Virus record (IMG/VR): IMGVR_UViG_3300025678_000005
DNA from: a virus
Lineage: Duplodnaviria > Caudoviricetes
DNA: 64,000 bases
Reading direction: 5' to 3' (one strand)
This document shows, one piece after another, positions 40,901-53,392 of this stretch; positions within the stretch are counted from its first letter, which is position 1, and each line of letters begins with the position of its first letter. The notes beneath the pieces were generated by a model. It made no database searches. It was not told where the DNA came from and saw nothing but the letters and a program-made list of their open reading frames with translations. The position numbers and the translations under genes were made by a program.

Positions 40901-41909
40901 CTAGCTAAACCTCCTCCAATATTAACTTCATTACCAGCATGTAATGAAACTGCGGCTGCACTTGTTGCTGTAGCGGCATTACCAATTAATGCCCCTGCAA
41001 ACGTCGGAGCTGTTACTATACCTGTAAATGTAGGCGAAGCAATATTTGCTTTTAGGTCAATAGCTGCCTGAACGTCTTCAGGTGCTGGTGTCCAGTCTGT
41101 GGCTTTGTTGCCTTTCTCTATTTTTATTGTGTTATTTCCACCCAATCGCCTGCATTAACAACTGTAGGGCGTGTCATAAACCAACTGCCTGTGCTCAAAT
41201 CGAAATTCGCTGAACCTGTTATTTTAGCATATGCTTTGACAAATGTTTCTTCATTCAAAGGTTGTTCATAAGTGAAACTTCCAAAGCTGGTATTTGCAAC
41301 GCCAGTATTCATTATATAGTTATATGCTAGAGGGACTGTCCCCCTAACTAGCAAGGAAATTGTATACTGTTCTCCTGCTCGCAACAACATTTTTCTTGCA
41401 TTCGAACCTTGTTGAATACTTATATACCCAGAGCCATTGTCGGTTGTCTTGACGGTTGTAAGACCTTTATATTCGCCAAAAGATATAGTTCCAAATATAG
41501 TTCCATCTGAGTACGGAACCCACTCTTTAGAATTTGTTAACCGTGCTAAATTCCTGCCACCTATCTGAATATTATTTACCGCCGTTGAGATGTCTGAAGG
41601 GGTTGCTATTCCTGCTTCTACTAATGTATTATTAATCCATTTACTACCGTCTCATTTAAGTATTTCACCAGCAGAATTTGAAGTAATAGTAACATTAGAA
41701 TGACTGTCTAATGTATGTGCAGAAGGTGCAAAAGTTGTTGGTTTACCTCCTATATAATTTCATAAGGTGTCAAAGAAGTTACCATGAGTCCAAATTCTTT
41801 TAGTATCTTGAATAAATACTATAGATTTACTATCAATTAATCCATTGGCTAAATCTGTATCGAATCTAGCTTGTGTAGCATAATTAAGAAATTTTGTTTT
41901 ATAAGCCAT
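37930..41909 (-). CDS. Long tail fibre/receptor-binding protein with C-terminal Peptidase_S74 chaperone; 1-nt frameshift near 41127
   Basis: Starts MAYKTKFLNY; ends SSQKYKYDI...LKPRQFK[W]...FGFIAEEV...KYSQMVALLTNAIKEQQ. The span is 3980 nt, one short of a multiple of 3. Confidence 0.75.
40140..41720 (-). repeat. Three diverged ~40-aa repeats within the tail fibre (about 40140-40258, 40405-40530, 41602-41720)
   Basis: Consensus HxLxSxSNVxI...ILKWxGxxWxNNxLxxAGIA. Confidence 0.8.
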
Positions 41910-41918
41910 ATATTATTA

Positions 41919-44168
41919 TTAATAAGCATACGTTAATGTTCCATCAGACGCAATCTCGGCCCATCCCATTTTAACTTCTAAATTGGTAGTATCTCAGAAG
42001 AATTCTTCTCCAAATTTTAATGAATTAGTACCAATAGATGCTGCTGAAGTTGGATTTGAAGTTGTTCTTAATAATATATCTCTTCAGCTATCAGTTGGAT
42101 ATTCCCATTTAGGAAGACCTGTAGTAAGATCAAATGTTAAAACTCAATTATCAGATGTCGGATTAGCCAGTGCAGATAATGTATTAGTATTAGATCCATA
42201 TAGTATATTTCCTTTTCCTATAGAAGACAACCCAGTTCCTCCATAAACAACTCCTATTACAGAACCATTCCATGTTCCAGTTGTAATTGTACCTACTTTA
42301 GTTATTCCAGTACTTGCTGTGGTAAGATCAGAAATATCTGAAGTTACTATTTGATTTCATGCTGGAGCAGCACCAACAGTTCCAGTTCCAGTTTGAGTTA
42401 AATATTTTTTAGTAGTAGTGGTGTTTGGAGCCAACATAGATGTAGTATCTACATTAGACTGATAAGGTAATGAACCTAATACACCACCAGCCAAATTAGA
42501 AGCTTTATTAATTATATCAGTTGTCAATGCAATAATTCCACCATTATCTGGAAGAGTTCATGTTCTGTTTGCGGTTAAATTATTTCAAGTAAATATTCCA
42601 GTAAAAGCACTTGTAGCAGTACTATTTGGAGATATTTTAAATGTATCTGTTCCAGCTGTAGCATGTGTAAAGCTGACATCACCAACAAAAGTGGGACTTG
42701 TATTAAATACTACTTTTCCACTTCCAGTCTCATCACCAAGTATACTTGCTAATCCAGCAGAAGTATTAATATTAGAAGTATAAACTACTGTTCCTCCACT
42801 ACCAAAAGATATAGTAGAACCGTCTGTTCCACTTAATGTTACAGAATTATTTACCGTAAGAGTTTTTCCACTTGCAATAGTTAATGTTCCAGTGGTAGTT
42901 GTAATATTTAATCCATTTATAGATGTAGCAGTAGCAGCACCTAATATTGGTGTAGTAAAAGTTGGACTAGTTGTTAATGCTACTACATTTCCTGTTCCAC
43001 TTAATGTATAATTAGCAGATGCCACTCCACCAGAAGTTACAGAAATTAAAGATGTACTTGCTGGAGTAGACAAATTAAGCAAACTAAGTCCAGCCGTTGA
43101 AGTTGTTAAATTGGTTTGTATAACATCCCAACTATTTCAAGAAGATGCAGTAATACTACCATAAGCAACTGCAGCAGTATTATCTGTATTACAAATAAGC
43201 ATATCTCCTACTTCAACTGGTTTAGTATTATTAAAATTACCAGCTACAGATACTTTATATGTATCTCCTTTATTTGCAGCAGGTAATCCACTGGAAGTAG
43301 CATCTAATACACCTTTATAAACCATTGCATCTGTAGTAGCTATTATACTATTAACAGCTGAATAAACAGCTCCAGATGTAATTAATTTTGTGCTTCCAGA
43401 TGCTATAGAGCTATCTGCCTGCTGTCATACTGGTGCTCCGCTTGTAGTTGGCGTAAGATAGTAATCCGTTCCAGTTGTTCCAGAGGAAGTAGGAGCATAA
43501 AAAGTAGATGATTTTGCAGCACTATTATTATAAACAACAGCAGTTCCATTAATAGTTAATGTTAATGAATTTTGTAATGATCCAGAGAATATTAAAGCAT
43601 ATAATGTACTTGTTGATAAATCAACTTTTAAATTAGTATTAAAATTGGTTTCAGCAGAATTTGTTGTAGTAGCAGATGTTCCTGTTAATAAATAAGCAGT
43701 AGTAGAAGTAGTATTTAGATTCTGCTTAACTTGATTTAATGTAGCTGTTCTATTAGTTACTCCAGTATAATGTCCATATTTATCGAATACAAGTTGTGGA
43801 ACTGTTATAGAAGTAGAAGAATCTGCACTCGGGCCAGCAGATTGTGCTGCACTAAAAGGAGCACTATGTGTAAGAGTTGCAGCCCCATTAGTAGTTGTGG
43901 AGGATATAATAGTGTCTCCAGTTATTGACACTACACCAACATCAAAAGATGTTAATGTTTTATTAGATGCATCTTTTAGTGTAACAACTGATCCACTTAT
44001 ACTTGATGTAAATAATGGACTCGCAGAATCATTAAATATTCTAAAATATTGTCCATGTGTTCAAAGATAGCCATCTTCTGTAAATACTATTGATTTCTGA
44101 ATGGTATCTTTAGTTGGATAGGCGGTTTCAAATCCAGCTTTAGATTTTGCATAAATTAATTTACTCAT
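41919..44168 (-). CDS. Thr/Ser-rich tail fibre protein (749 aa), code 4
   Basis: Three listed ORFs in frame. DAMVYKG..GDTYKV..VEVGDMLI, DETGSGKVVFNTSPT, GTITTGTWNG..IGVVYGGTG. Confidence 0.75.
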
Positions 44169-44173
44169 TTTTA

Positions 44174-45391
44174 TTATATTATTTCTTCAATATTAATTGA
44201 TAAATTATTGTTTTCCAATAAGAAATCGTTTGTAAAATTTAAATTATTTCTTACAGAAACTTCTTGATTATCTTTATTAATTGCCTTTATATCTACAGAA
44301 GAAAAAATTAATTCTCCAGTTTCTGTATCTATTCTGCCAGTTAATCCGCCCTCAGTTTTTATTTTTACATTTTGACCAGCTATAACTTCAATTCCCAAAA
44401 AAGAGTCGTTAACCTTAATACCATTAATAGTTCTATTATCTATTTTTGTATTTAATTCATCTTTTACCTTTCATACCATATAAGGAGATGCAGCTATGCC
44501 ATTTGTTATATCTGAAGCATTCTTATCGGCAGAATTACTGGGTGGTGCTGGTATACCATTTAATTCTTTTTGCAGTTTAACATGTCCATATAATTCAGTA
44601 GAAGCTCCACCATATTCTGGATTTTCAGATAAGTGTATTTTTGGAGTGGCTTCACCAGAAACATTTCCCTGTAAATCTCCTATAATTAAACCATTTATAA
44701 CTTTTAAATCACCAGAAGTAATTGTTATATCATTATTTGTTACCAATCCTCCAGATATAGAAAGGATCTTTGTATAATCATTATATAATAATCCAGATGC
44801 TTTTCTTACTTGATTAATATCTGTATTATTGCTACTTTCGTTAAAAGATAATAAAATATTTCTATCTACATCCACTGTTGTAGGAGCAATTTGTGCTACA
44901 TAATCTCGAATAGATACAATACTATTTTTTATATTAGTAATATGACCATATTCATCAATTGTAATATTAGGTACATAAAAACTACTTGCATTTGATTGAT
45001 TATCTGAACCATAAATTCCTGTATCAGCACTACTTTTCTTATGTAATAGTTTTTTTGTATCTTCTACTCATTCAAGTGGATATTCTGTGTTAATATAACT
45101 TAAAGCATTACTTGATAATATAATATCATTATTTATTCCTTTATTTATACTAAGACTTGTTCCTATAGTTTGTAAAGTAAAAAAACTGTCTCCAATATTT
45201 ATAGTTACTTTTCCATTTGATTCATTTACAGATACAGTTGGAAATCCCATACTAAAGTATATTCCCTTAGTTCATAATTCTTTAGTGTCTTCTATAAATA
45301 CAATTGGATCAAGTCCTACGGGTATATTTTGTTTTTCTCTCTCAAAAGCTGCTTTTGTTTTTGCTAAAACAAACTTGCTTGTAATACTCAT
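44174..45391 (-). CDS. Tail fibre/hub protein (405 aa), code 4
   Basis: IVFIEDTKEL[W]TKG N-terminal motif, ITIDEYGHIT, YGGASTELYGHVKL. Confidence 0.7.
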
Positions 45392-45733
45392 TTATTCTAT
45401 TGTTTGTGTAGTTAAAATAGAGTCAATTATAGATAAAGAATCCTTTATCTTTTGTTGACTATTTATATAATTTCCATTTGCTTCTGATTTTATATCATTT
45501 CCAGATAGTACTGGATTATTTTTTATTAATTTTCCATTTATAGTATAATTTTCTATATTTTCTACTCTATCAATTAAAGCATTTACTCTTTCAATTGTAG
45601 TAACATCATCAACAAATGTAATTCATTCATTACCATCATACAACAACATTTTATTATCTTTTACTCATACATGATATATTGTTGGAGGAGGATCAGATCC
45701 TCTTCATAAATTTACCTGCCTATTATTTATCAT
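45392..45733 (-). CDS. Small tail-associated protein (absent from the ORF track)
   Basis: MINNRQVNL[W]RGSDPPPTIYHV[W]VKD...YDGNE[W]...INGKLIKNNPVL; fills the gap exactly. Confidence 0.65.
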
Positions 45734-46796
45734 AAATTGTAATATTTAATTGTCCCAACCCTTTATATTTTGTTCTATATAATGTATATCTAACACTATT
45801 TAAAAGAAAAGTACCAATAGTCAGAAATCCACCAATAATATTATCAACAGCTATTCTATTTTTTGTATTATAAGGTAAGAAAATATATATATAATTATCT
45901 ATACCAGCGGTAATAGAAAAGTCTTTGTCTTTTGTTTTATACATGGATACTGTATTACTTGAAACACCATAATAAATTGGATAGTAAATATTAAATATAA
46001 GTGTCTTAGTATAATTTTTATTATCTATGGTATATTTTAATACAAAATTAGTTGAATGTGTAATATTAGGTATTGTTAAAGATCTTTCATTTATATCAAT
46101 AATATTATTATTTATTGATTGAAATGTTACTGGATTATCATAATCTCAACTTAAAGTAATATTTATAGGAATTTCATCTATAAAAGCATATGATTTATCA
46201 GATGTAAAGAATTTTAAATTAAAAGCATTTAACTCATCAATTTTAATATTAACTCACTCTGTATTAGCAATCTGTGATGAATTATCAAATAATTCTGGAG
46301 TTGGTACAGTAGGTATTCCTTTAAATGCTGGAGAAAATATATTTGCCTTTTCATCCAGTGCCATACGAATATCATATCCTCAATTTCCAAGCCTTATATT
46401 TAATTCATCAATTAAATTATTAAATTTTGATATTTCTAAATTAGATATTAATTCATATAAATCTGTTTGGTTTATAATATTACCATGTATATTTCCTCAA
46501 ACTAAAGTATATTCATCTGAAACGCCAAGGTTTCTTCTTGCAATTGCTCTTTCATATTCATTAGAAAGCTCTGAAAAAAGATTTATTATTTTAAAATATT
46601 CTTCTTCTTTTTTATAATAATCTGCTGGATCGCAAGTATCACATTCTTCTTCTAATACAACATCCTCTTTCTCAAAAACAATCACATTTTCAATTGGATA
46701 ATCTAGAAGTTCATCCACAAGATTCCCATTTAAAACCTGTGTATCAGGTTCTATATTGTCAATTGATAGAATATTAAAATCTTCTAGTTCATCCAT
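45723..46796 (-). CDS. Tail-hub/fibre-associated protein, code 4
   Basis: NLFSEL...ARRNLG, [W]GNIHGNI..QTDL, KANIFSPAFKGIPTVPTP...QIANTE[W]V. Confidence 0.65.
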
Positions 46797-46798
46797 AA

Positions 46799-47764
46799 TT
46801 ATATAATTATAATTTGTTGTGCATATGTAATTGGATCTAAAAATGTTAGAATTGTAGCTTCATTTACTTTATGAATTGTTTTTGTTATGGTTGTAGAAAA
46901 TGATGTATTTCCTATTGGAATTTTTTTATTATATATTGAACCAGAAACATAACATACTGGCTCATTAAAAAAATTATTTGCAGAGCCTCATCCAAGTGTT
47001 GTGTCATGACAGCCTCTTATAAAAGTATTATTTATACATGCATTTTCTAATGTATTATTGTATGTATCACCTATAAAAACATTGTTATAACAACCAGAGC
47101 TTAATTTATTATACTTTGTGTTTTGTAACTCAGACGAATCAATAACATTGCCATTAATTACATCTGAAAACGTATATAAATCTATATATGAAGTTTGTAT
47201 TGAAAAATTTGAATTTTCTAATTCACTAGATGTTCTTCTAAATTTAATATTTTTAAAATCATATTTTGCCGAATTACCATTATTATCCTTTAAAAAAGTA
47301 ATTGATCCTTTTGAAGATTTGCTGTCTGGAAAAATTTGTTTTGTTTGATTATATTCAACAATTCATTCTGGATGGGATAGTATAACTGCTTTCTTATTCA
47401 AAAGATTTGGAGAATCTGCCGTAACCAGTAATTGATATACAGAAGATGGATTTGCATCCAACCCTCAAGTAATATTAACTCCTTGGGAATTCTTTACATT
47501 AGAACTATAAATTGTTTGGAAATCAGTAATAATATATTTAGCTCCAGTAATTAAATTATTATGTATAAATAAATCATATAAATTACTATAATTTATTTCT
47601 ATTGGTGCTGGCTCAAGCGTTCCTCCAGCATAATCAATTATACCAATATTTCTCCTAAGCTGTGCCTGCTCAAGATCAGTAAGCCCAGATAACAATTCTG
47701 CCTTTTTAAAATAATTATTTAAATCTGACAGACACGCATATCTTTTAACTACAGGTTTTGCCAT
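46799..47764 (-). CDS. Tail-associated protein, code 4
   Basis: LRRNIG, LITGAKYIITDFQTIY, KDNNGNSAKYDFKNIKFRR, then N/F-rich beta-helix-like repeats. Confidence 0.65.
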
Positions 47765-47765
47765 A

Positions 47766-47951
47766 TTAACTATTTATTACAAATTCATATATAGCATCAA
47801 TATTTGTTAAATATTGATAGGTTTCTACAAACATTATTTTATTTAAAATATGACTATAGTCTACAGTATATCCAATACTTTCTTTATCAAGCCACTTGTT
47901 AAAAGAATCAATGATATTTAATTTTACATTAGTTAGTGCATCCACAATCAT
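47766..47951 (-). CDS. Small conserved tail-region protein
   Basis: Intact ORF overlapping the end of the upstream gene. Confidence 0.5.
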   Translation of the reverse strand: MIVDALTNVKLNIIDSFNKWLDKESIGYTVDYSHILNKIMFVETYQYLTNIDAIYEFVINS

Positions 47952-48666
47952 AAGTTATTTTAGTATCACATAAAAGACCACATTTTGATACTCTTTCAAG
48001 CATCTGTTGTGCTTCATAATATCTTGAAAAGGAAACTAGATATTTAATAGAATTAATTGCCATTCAAAACAAATCTCTATTGAATATTTTCTGTTTTATT
48101 GCATTATCATTTTCATTACAACTTTTTTGTAAATTTAAGAATAAATCTTTACATAAAATACCAAAACATTCATTTAAATGATATATGATAAATTTACCCT
48201 TTTCAGCTCTAATAATTGTAGAAGTAGCACTTGTTTCATTTAAAATATCATCTATAGTAACTTCTATTCCCTGTGGGTAATTTTTAAATTTATTACCCAA
48301 AGTATCATACCAATATATTTTAGAATATGCATCAAATGATTCTGATGAATGTCTTTCTAAGTACATTATCCAATTTTCATTTGGAATTATTAAATGTATG
48401 ATTTTGTATAGCCCATCATGCAAATCAGTAAAATAAGTTCTGTCTATTTCTGTTTCATGATTATTTATATTCATTGCTTCATATCTAGCATTGCCAACAG
48501 AATCAAGGCTATATAATACATTAACAGTAACAGTTTGACTATAAGTATAATTTCTTGTGCTTACAATTAATTGATCCTCAGTAAGGTATTCAGAATTATC
48601 ACTTTCTAATCCTTCTACACATATACCATAATTTTTAGTTTCAAATATATTAAATACTGCATCCAT
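47929..48666 (-). CDS. Tail-hub-type protein with Cys-rich C-terminus, code 4
   Basis: Reads through RDLF[W]MAINSIKYL...EAQQMLE...CGLLC...DCGCTN-TAA. Confidence 0.65.
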
Positions 48667-48668
48667 AA

Positions 48669-48905
48669 TTATTTTTTTGTTATTTTAGCGGATAGTCCTA
48701 CAGCTGCACAAAACGTAATAATATATCCACATATTTTAAATACTATTTCAGAAACTCCATATTCTTGTAAATTAAAGGCTTTGTCAGCCATCAATACTGC
48801 AACGGCAGATGAACCAATTATGGTTGCCAATTTTAACACTTTTTGTCAAAACTCTGGACTCTCTGCTTTTCATCTTTCTTTAAGTTCTTGAATTCAATTA
48901 ATCAT
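48669..48905 (-). CDS. Small two-TM membrane protein, putative holin (absent from the ORF track)
   Basis: MIN[W]IQELKER[W]KAESPEF[W]QKVLKLATIIGSSAVAVLMA...ICGYIITFCAAVGLSAKITKK. Confidence 0.6.
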
Positions 48906-51093
48906 TTTTTATTTCGTCATTTCTTTTGTTTGTATCAATAAGCTGAACTCCCTCCAACTCTACTCTCTTTTGTTGTAACTTAACTAATTCTTCCTTATAA
49001 TTACTATCTGTTTTGGCTTTATATCACTGTATTTGTTTTTCAAATTCTAATTTTTCATTTTCAAGTCGTAGTTTCTCTTCATTTAAAGCCTCTATCTGTT
49101 TTTGAAGTTGCTCTGATTGCTTTGTTGAATCTTTTAAGGCACCATCTAGTTGTTGTAGTTGTTCTATAAGTTTTTCAACTTCATTTTTTTCATTCTGTTT
49201 TTTTACTAAAGATGATTTTACGGTTTCCTTCATCTGTGTCAGGCTACTAGATGTTATAATATCTACTAATATATCTGGATCTACCATATTATTTTTAGTT
49301 AGTTCTATTCCAAATTGTTTTATTAATTCTTGGTCTCTTATAATATCTGATGTATCTACAATACTTATGTCAAAATCAGTAAGTGTAAATTGTTCTGGCA
49401 ATGCAGTAAATACCTTATTTAATTTTTCTCCAAGAATGAGTGTTCCAGATAAACCATTCTTATATACTTTTTTTGCTACATTTAAAATATCAATAAGCAT
49501 TTCTGCTGTTAGAGTATTCATTATCTGATAATATTGTTTTGTAATATAGGATGATTGTCTAACACCAACTTGTACATTTGTAACAGCATCTCTTTGCTCA
49601 ATACCACCAAGTCTTTCTCGAAATACACCAGTTATTAGTGAACAAGCGTCTTCATTTCTCTGAATTGCAAGGTCTATGGCTTGTATAGCCTGTATTCTGA
49701 CTGTATCATCAAATCCACCAAATATTGTATTTGGCATGGAAGGCATACCTTCCTGTGTAGAATCGATCAATGCCATACCTGTTTTTTTATATGCTTTTCA
49801 TTTTAAAAGCCTTTCTTCTGGTGTATTTCCAAGAAAAGCGGGCAAATAACCAACATCAATTCAATCTCCAACAGTTCCAGATTCTGCTATAATATTGTCT
49901 TTGTAAAAATATAATATATCATTTCTGTCTTGTAAATCGGCAGTTTTAAGCATAATTGAAAACGGATCTCCATTCCTGTCAGAATAGAAAACACCATTAA
50001 TAGATAAACTTGTAGACTTTGGATCATCAATACTTCTTATTGCATCTTCATCTTTTCCATGTAAAATATAAATAGAACCTCCAATTCTAACTCCACTATA
50101 TCGATTTACAATATAACTTCCATCCTCTTTCTCCGTTTTTAACCATTCTACTTCATAACATGGAAAAGTTCTCATTTGCTTTGCAGTAGATGTTTGATAT
50201 GGAAGTAGTGGAGATACTTCAAATCCACCAAGAATTCCATCACTTTGTGTAGTATTATTTACAGAATTATCAAGTGTTCTGACATAAGTAAAGCTTCCAT
50301 TAGCCTCTAATCCTGATTTTGTTTCCAAACTCTCAAGATCATCTTTTGTTAAAAGATCTCCATATTTGGCAAGAATTTGGTCTTTTGTTAAATATTCTCT
50401 GATTACAGCTCTTGAAGAATTTTTTAAATAGATAGATTCTACATTTCTATCTACAAAAGTATTAAGAGGATTTAATACTTTTAAAACAATATTAGTTTTA
50501 GATGGAGATGGTTGAACACGGTAGTATGCCATTCCAGAAACTAATAGGTCTATTAATAATGTTTTTCTTTGGTTTAAAAAATCAATTTTTCTATTTTGTA
50601 ATACTCAATTAACAATATTTTGTCCAGCAATTTCATAATCAGAAATAAAATTATTTTCTATACTTTCTTTTAATTTTTCCAGTCTATTTTCTACTTCCTT
50701 GTCATAACCATCCGAACTTATATTATTATAAATTCTGTCTTTTAAATATTTACGTAATTCACTTGCTATTGCATTATTTATAGCTATTTGTTTTTCTTTA
50801 AATATGTTTGATAGTGTAGCTTCATCTTTACATGTAACTCTAGGCAACAATTCTGTTGATATATATTCTCCAACTAAAACATCTACATGTTTTCTAACCA
50901 TTGGTATAAATTCAACAGATGTTGGCGTTCCTATTCCATAATTAAATTCTAGATGTCTATACTGCTCTGGGTCTCTTTTACCATGGTAATAGTTGTAAGC
51001 TTTTAAAACCTGTACTTTATCATATACAAGTTCAGATATTGCCTTATTTATAATATCTATATACTCTTGTTCCTTTTTTGTTCTATTTTCCAT
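48898..51093 (-). CDS. Portal protein (731 aa, code 4)
   Basis: AYNYYHGKRD..Y..L..NYGIGTPTS, [W]KAYKKTG, ITGVFRERLGGIEQRDAVTNV; C-terminal coiled coil. Confidence 0.9.
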
Positions 51094-51096
51094 AGT

Positions 51097-51372
51097 TTAT
51101 TTCTTATTAGGTGTACGAATTGTTCTATAATATTCAAAACGAATATAATTACGTGTTGCCAATTCATTATATATATATTTTAAAAAATCTTCATCATTAG
51201 ATGCTTCACAAATTAAAACAGTCGGATACATATAACTTGGTATTCCCAATTTTAATGTATATATAGAATCTTCTTTAATTACTTCTAGAAGTCCATTAAA
51301 AATTGCTCCATATTGAGTCTTTATAAAGTCACGAATCCTGTTCTCCAGGTCTTTCCTGTAAATTTCGTTCAT
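51097..51372 (-). CDS. Small conserved protein between TerL and portal
   Basis: Intact ORF in a conserved position. Confidence 0.6.
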   Translation of the reverse strand: MNEIYRKDLENRIRDFIKTQYGAIFNGLLEVIKEDSIYTLKLGIPSYMYPTVLICEASNDEDFLKYIYNELATRNYIRFEYYRTIRTPNKK

Positions 51373-53386
51373 AATCGTTTGTTGGAATTATTCCATAATG
51401 TTTGTATCCTCTGAAATCTGTTCATCATCCCACATGATGAAATTCTTTATTTTTCTTTATTCTCTCTTTTGGTTTTAATACAGCCAATTCCTCATCTCCA
51501 AGTTCAGCCATTCCCATTGCTGCCACAATATCAAATTCTTTCTTTTTTGCATCAGAATATCTTAATAATTGATCAACCATGTCCCTAAAATGCATCGTAT
51601 GTGAGTAATCAAGAATAAAATCATATAACAATTCTCTATAATGTGTAATTGTTTTAACTGTTGCTGGAGCGCCATACATATTTGAATTTCCCTTTACTAC
51701 ATCCGTCATTGTAGACCTTGGTCTTTTCATTAATAAATGTATCAGTTTATTATCTCTAAAATAGGTTAATATGGCTGTTCTCGTAGATTCAAGTACTGCT
51801 TTGCAACCATAATATACTAATAATTTAGCAGCAGTATCATAAGCTTCTTTTAAATATTTTGGCCTATCATTATACATTGCTACATACATTGGATCTTTTA
51901 ATCCAAATATTCTTTTTTTGATTACAATACAAAATTTAGATCCACCAGAACCAGAAGCAGAATCTTCAAGTCCTATATCAATAGAGTCTATTCCACCAAC
52001 ATATAAATTATCATAATATTCTCCATCTTCTGTTTTAATTGGATGTTCTATGATAGAAATTTTTCCAAATTTAGCATCTTCAACTCACTCAACTCCAATT
52101 ATTTCGTCTTTTTCATTTCTTTTCCAAACCAAATAACCTACTGAAGGTTTTTTTGTATTTTTATGTACTTCAATATTTGTCATTTGGTTTGCCAGTTGTT
52201 CTTGGGGGAAAAAATTATCTCCTTCCAAACTAAAAGCCTCATCTAATGTAAAACAGTATTCTGCTTTATAAATCATTAAGTCCTTTGGCTTATGTTCAAG
52301 AACTTTTCTTTCTTTTTCATAATGAGCCTTTGCCAAATCTGGATCACACCACCCTCTATTATCAAGCAATTCAAAAACAATTTTAGTTGCTGGAATAAAG
52401 AATGCAGAAAATGTATAAGATCCATCTTTAGTATAATTATGTCTATATTTTAAAATATTATATGCTTCTGGGTCTGTTACAATATCTTTTAACCCAGCTA
52501 ATTGTGGCCCAGTATCTCCACCAGTTCCTCACACAATTCTAGTTCCTACTCTACTTCCTCCTAATACTTTAATTAATGCTTCTCCCTGAATATATTTACT
52601 TTTTAAATTTGGATCAGATCCAGCCTCTTCAAATAATAGCCTTTCTGTTCTATCACCCCTTATTTTTTCTGCAGAGTCTGCAATTACCCCCTCTATTTCT
52701 GACATATGTCCTTTTTCAGAACCATCCTTTGTTTTTTTGGATGCTCTTTTATACGTATTAGTGTCAATTGCCATTCTTAAATGCTTAAATCCTTTTTCAG
52801 TTTCTTCATTTAATCAGTTAAGCTGTGCCCATATTTTAGATAAAATTGGAGACAAATGTCTTTCTGATGGAGCGGTAACAAGAGTTCTATAATTAGGAGT
52901 AGTTGTATATGGTCTTACAGCCAACTCTGCACCTATTTCAGATAAACCAACACCTCTTGATTTTATAAGCCCAATATCATATCCCAACAATTCACACATT
53001 TCAACATAATGAAAATATTCATATTGAAATACTAAGAACATTGGAAATTCTATTTTTCTACCCCTGCTCTTTTCATTTCTAGACCCTTTTAGTCTATGAA
53101 AATTTAATCAAAAATAATTATCACCAGAAATCCTATATCCATTTGATTCATAACCTTCAACGCATCTCCTAATTCTTTCAGATCAAAAATCTCTATAAGA
53201 TTGTGTACCAAACACTGTATCACTATATTTACCAGTATTCATTTTATGTATAGCGTCCTCTCTAAATCAATCAGGATTAAAGTCCAATCCACTTGTTTTA
53301 TTAATTGGTATATATTTTGTTAACTCATAAGATAAATTAGTATCAAAATATTCTATAGGATCAGTTATTTTTACATCTCATTCCAT
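51296..53386 (-). CDS. terL: Terminase large subunit (696 aa, code 4)
   Basis: Walker A region IKSRGVGLSE, Walker B LLFEEAGS, motif III [W]GTGGD, nuclease YVGGIDSID and FDIVAAMGM. Confidence 0.9.
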
Positions 53387-53392
53387 ACATTG

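Noticed and set aside
37930-44168. DGR or invertible cassette diversifying the fibres
   Set aside because: No reverse transcriptase or recombinase is in the window. The repeats are diverged in-frame protein repeats without adenine-specific differences.
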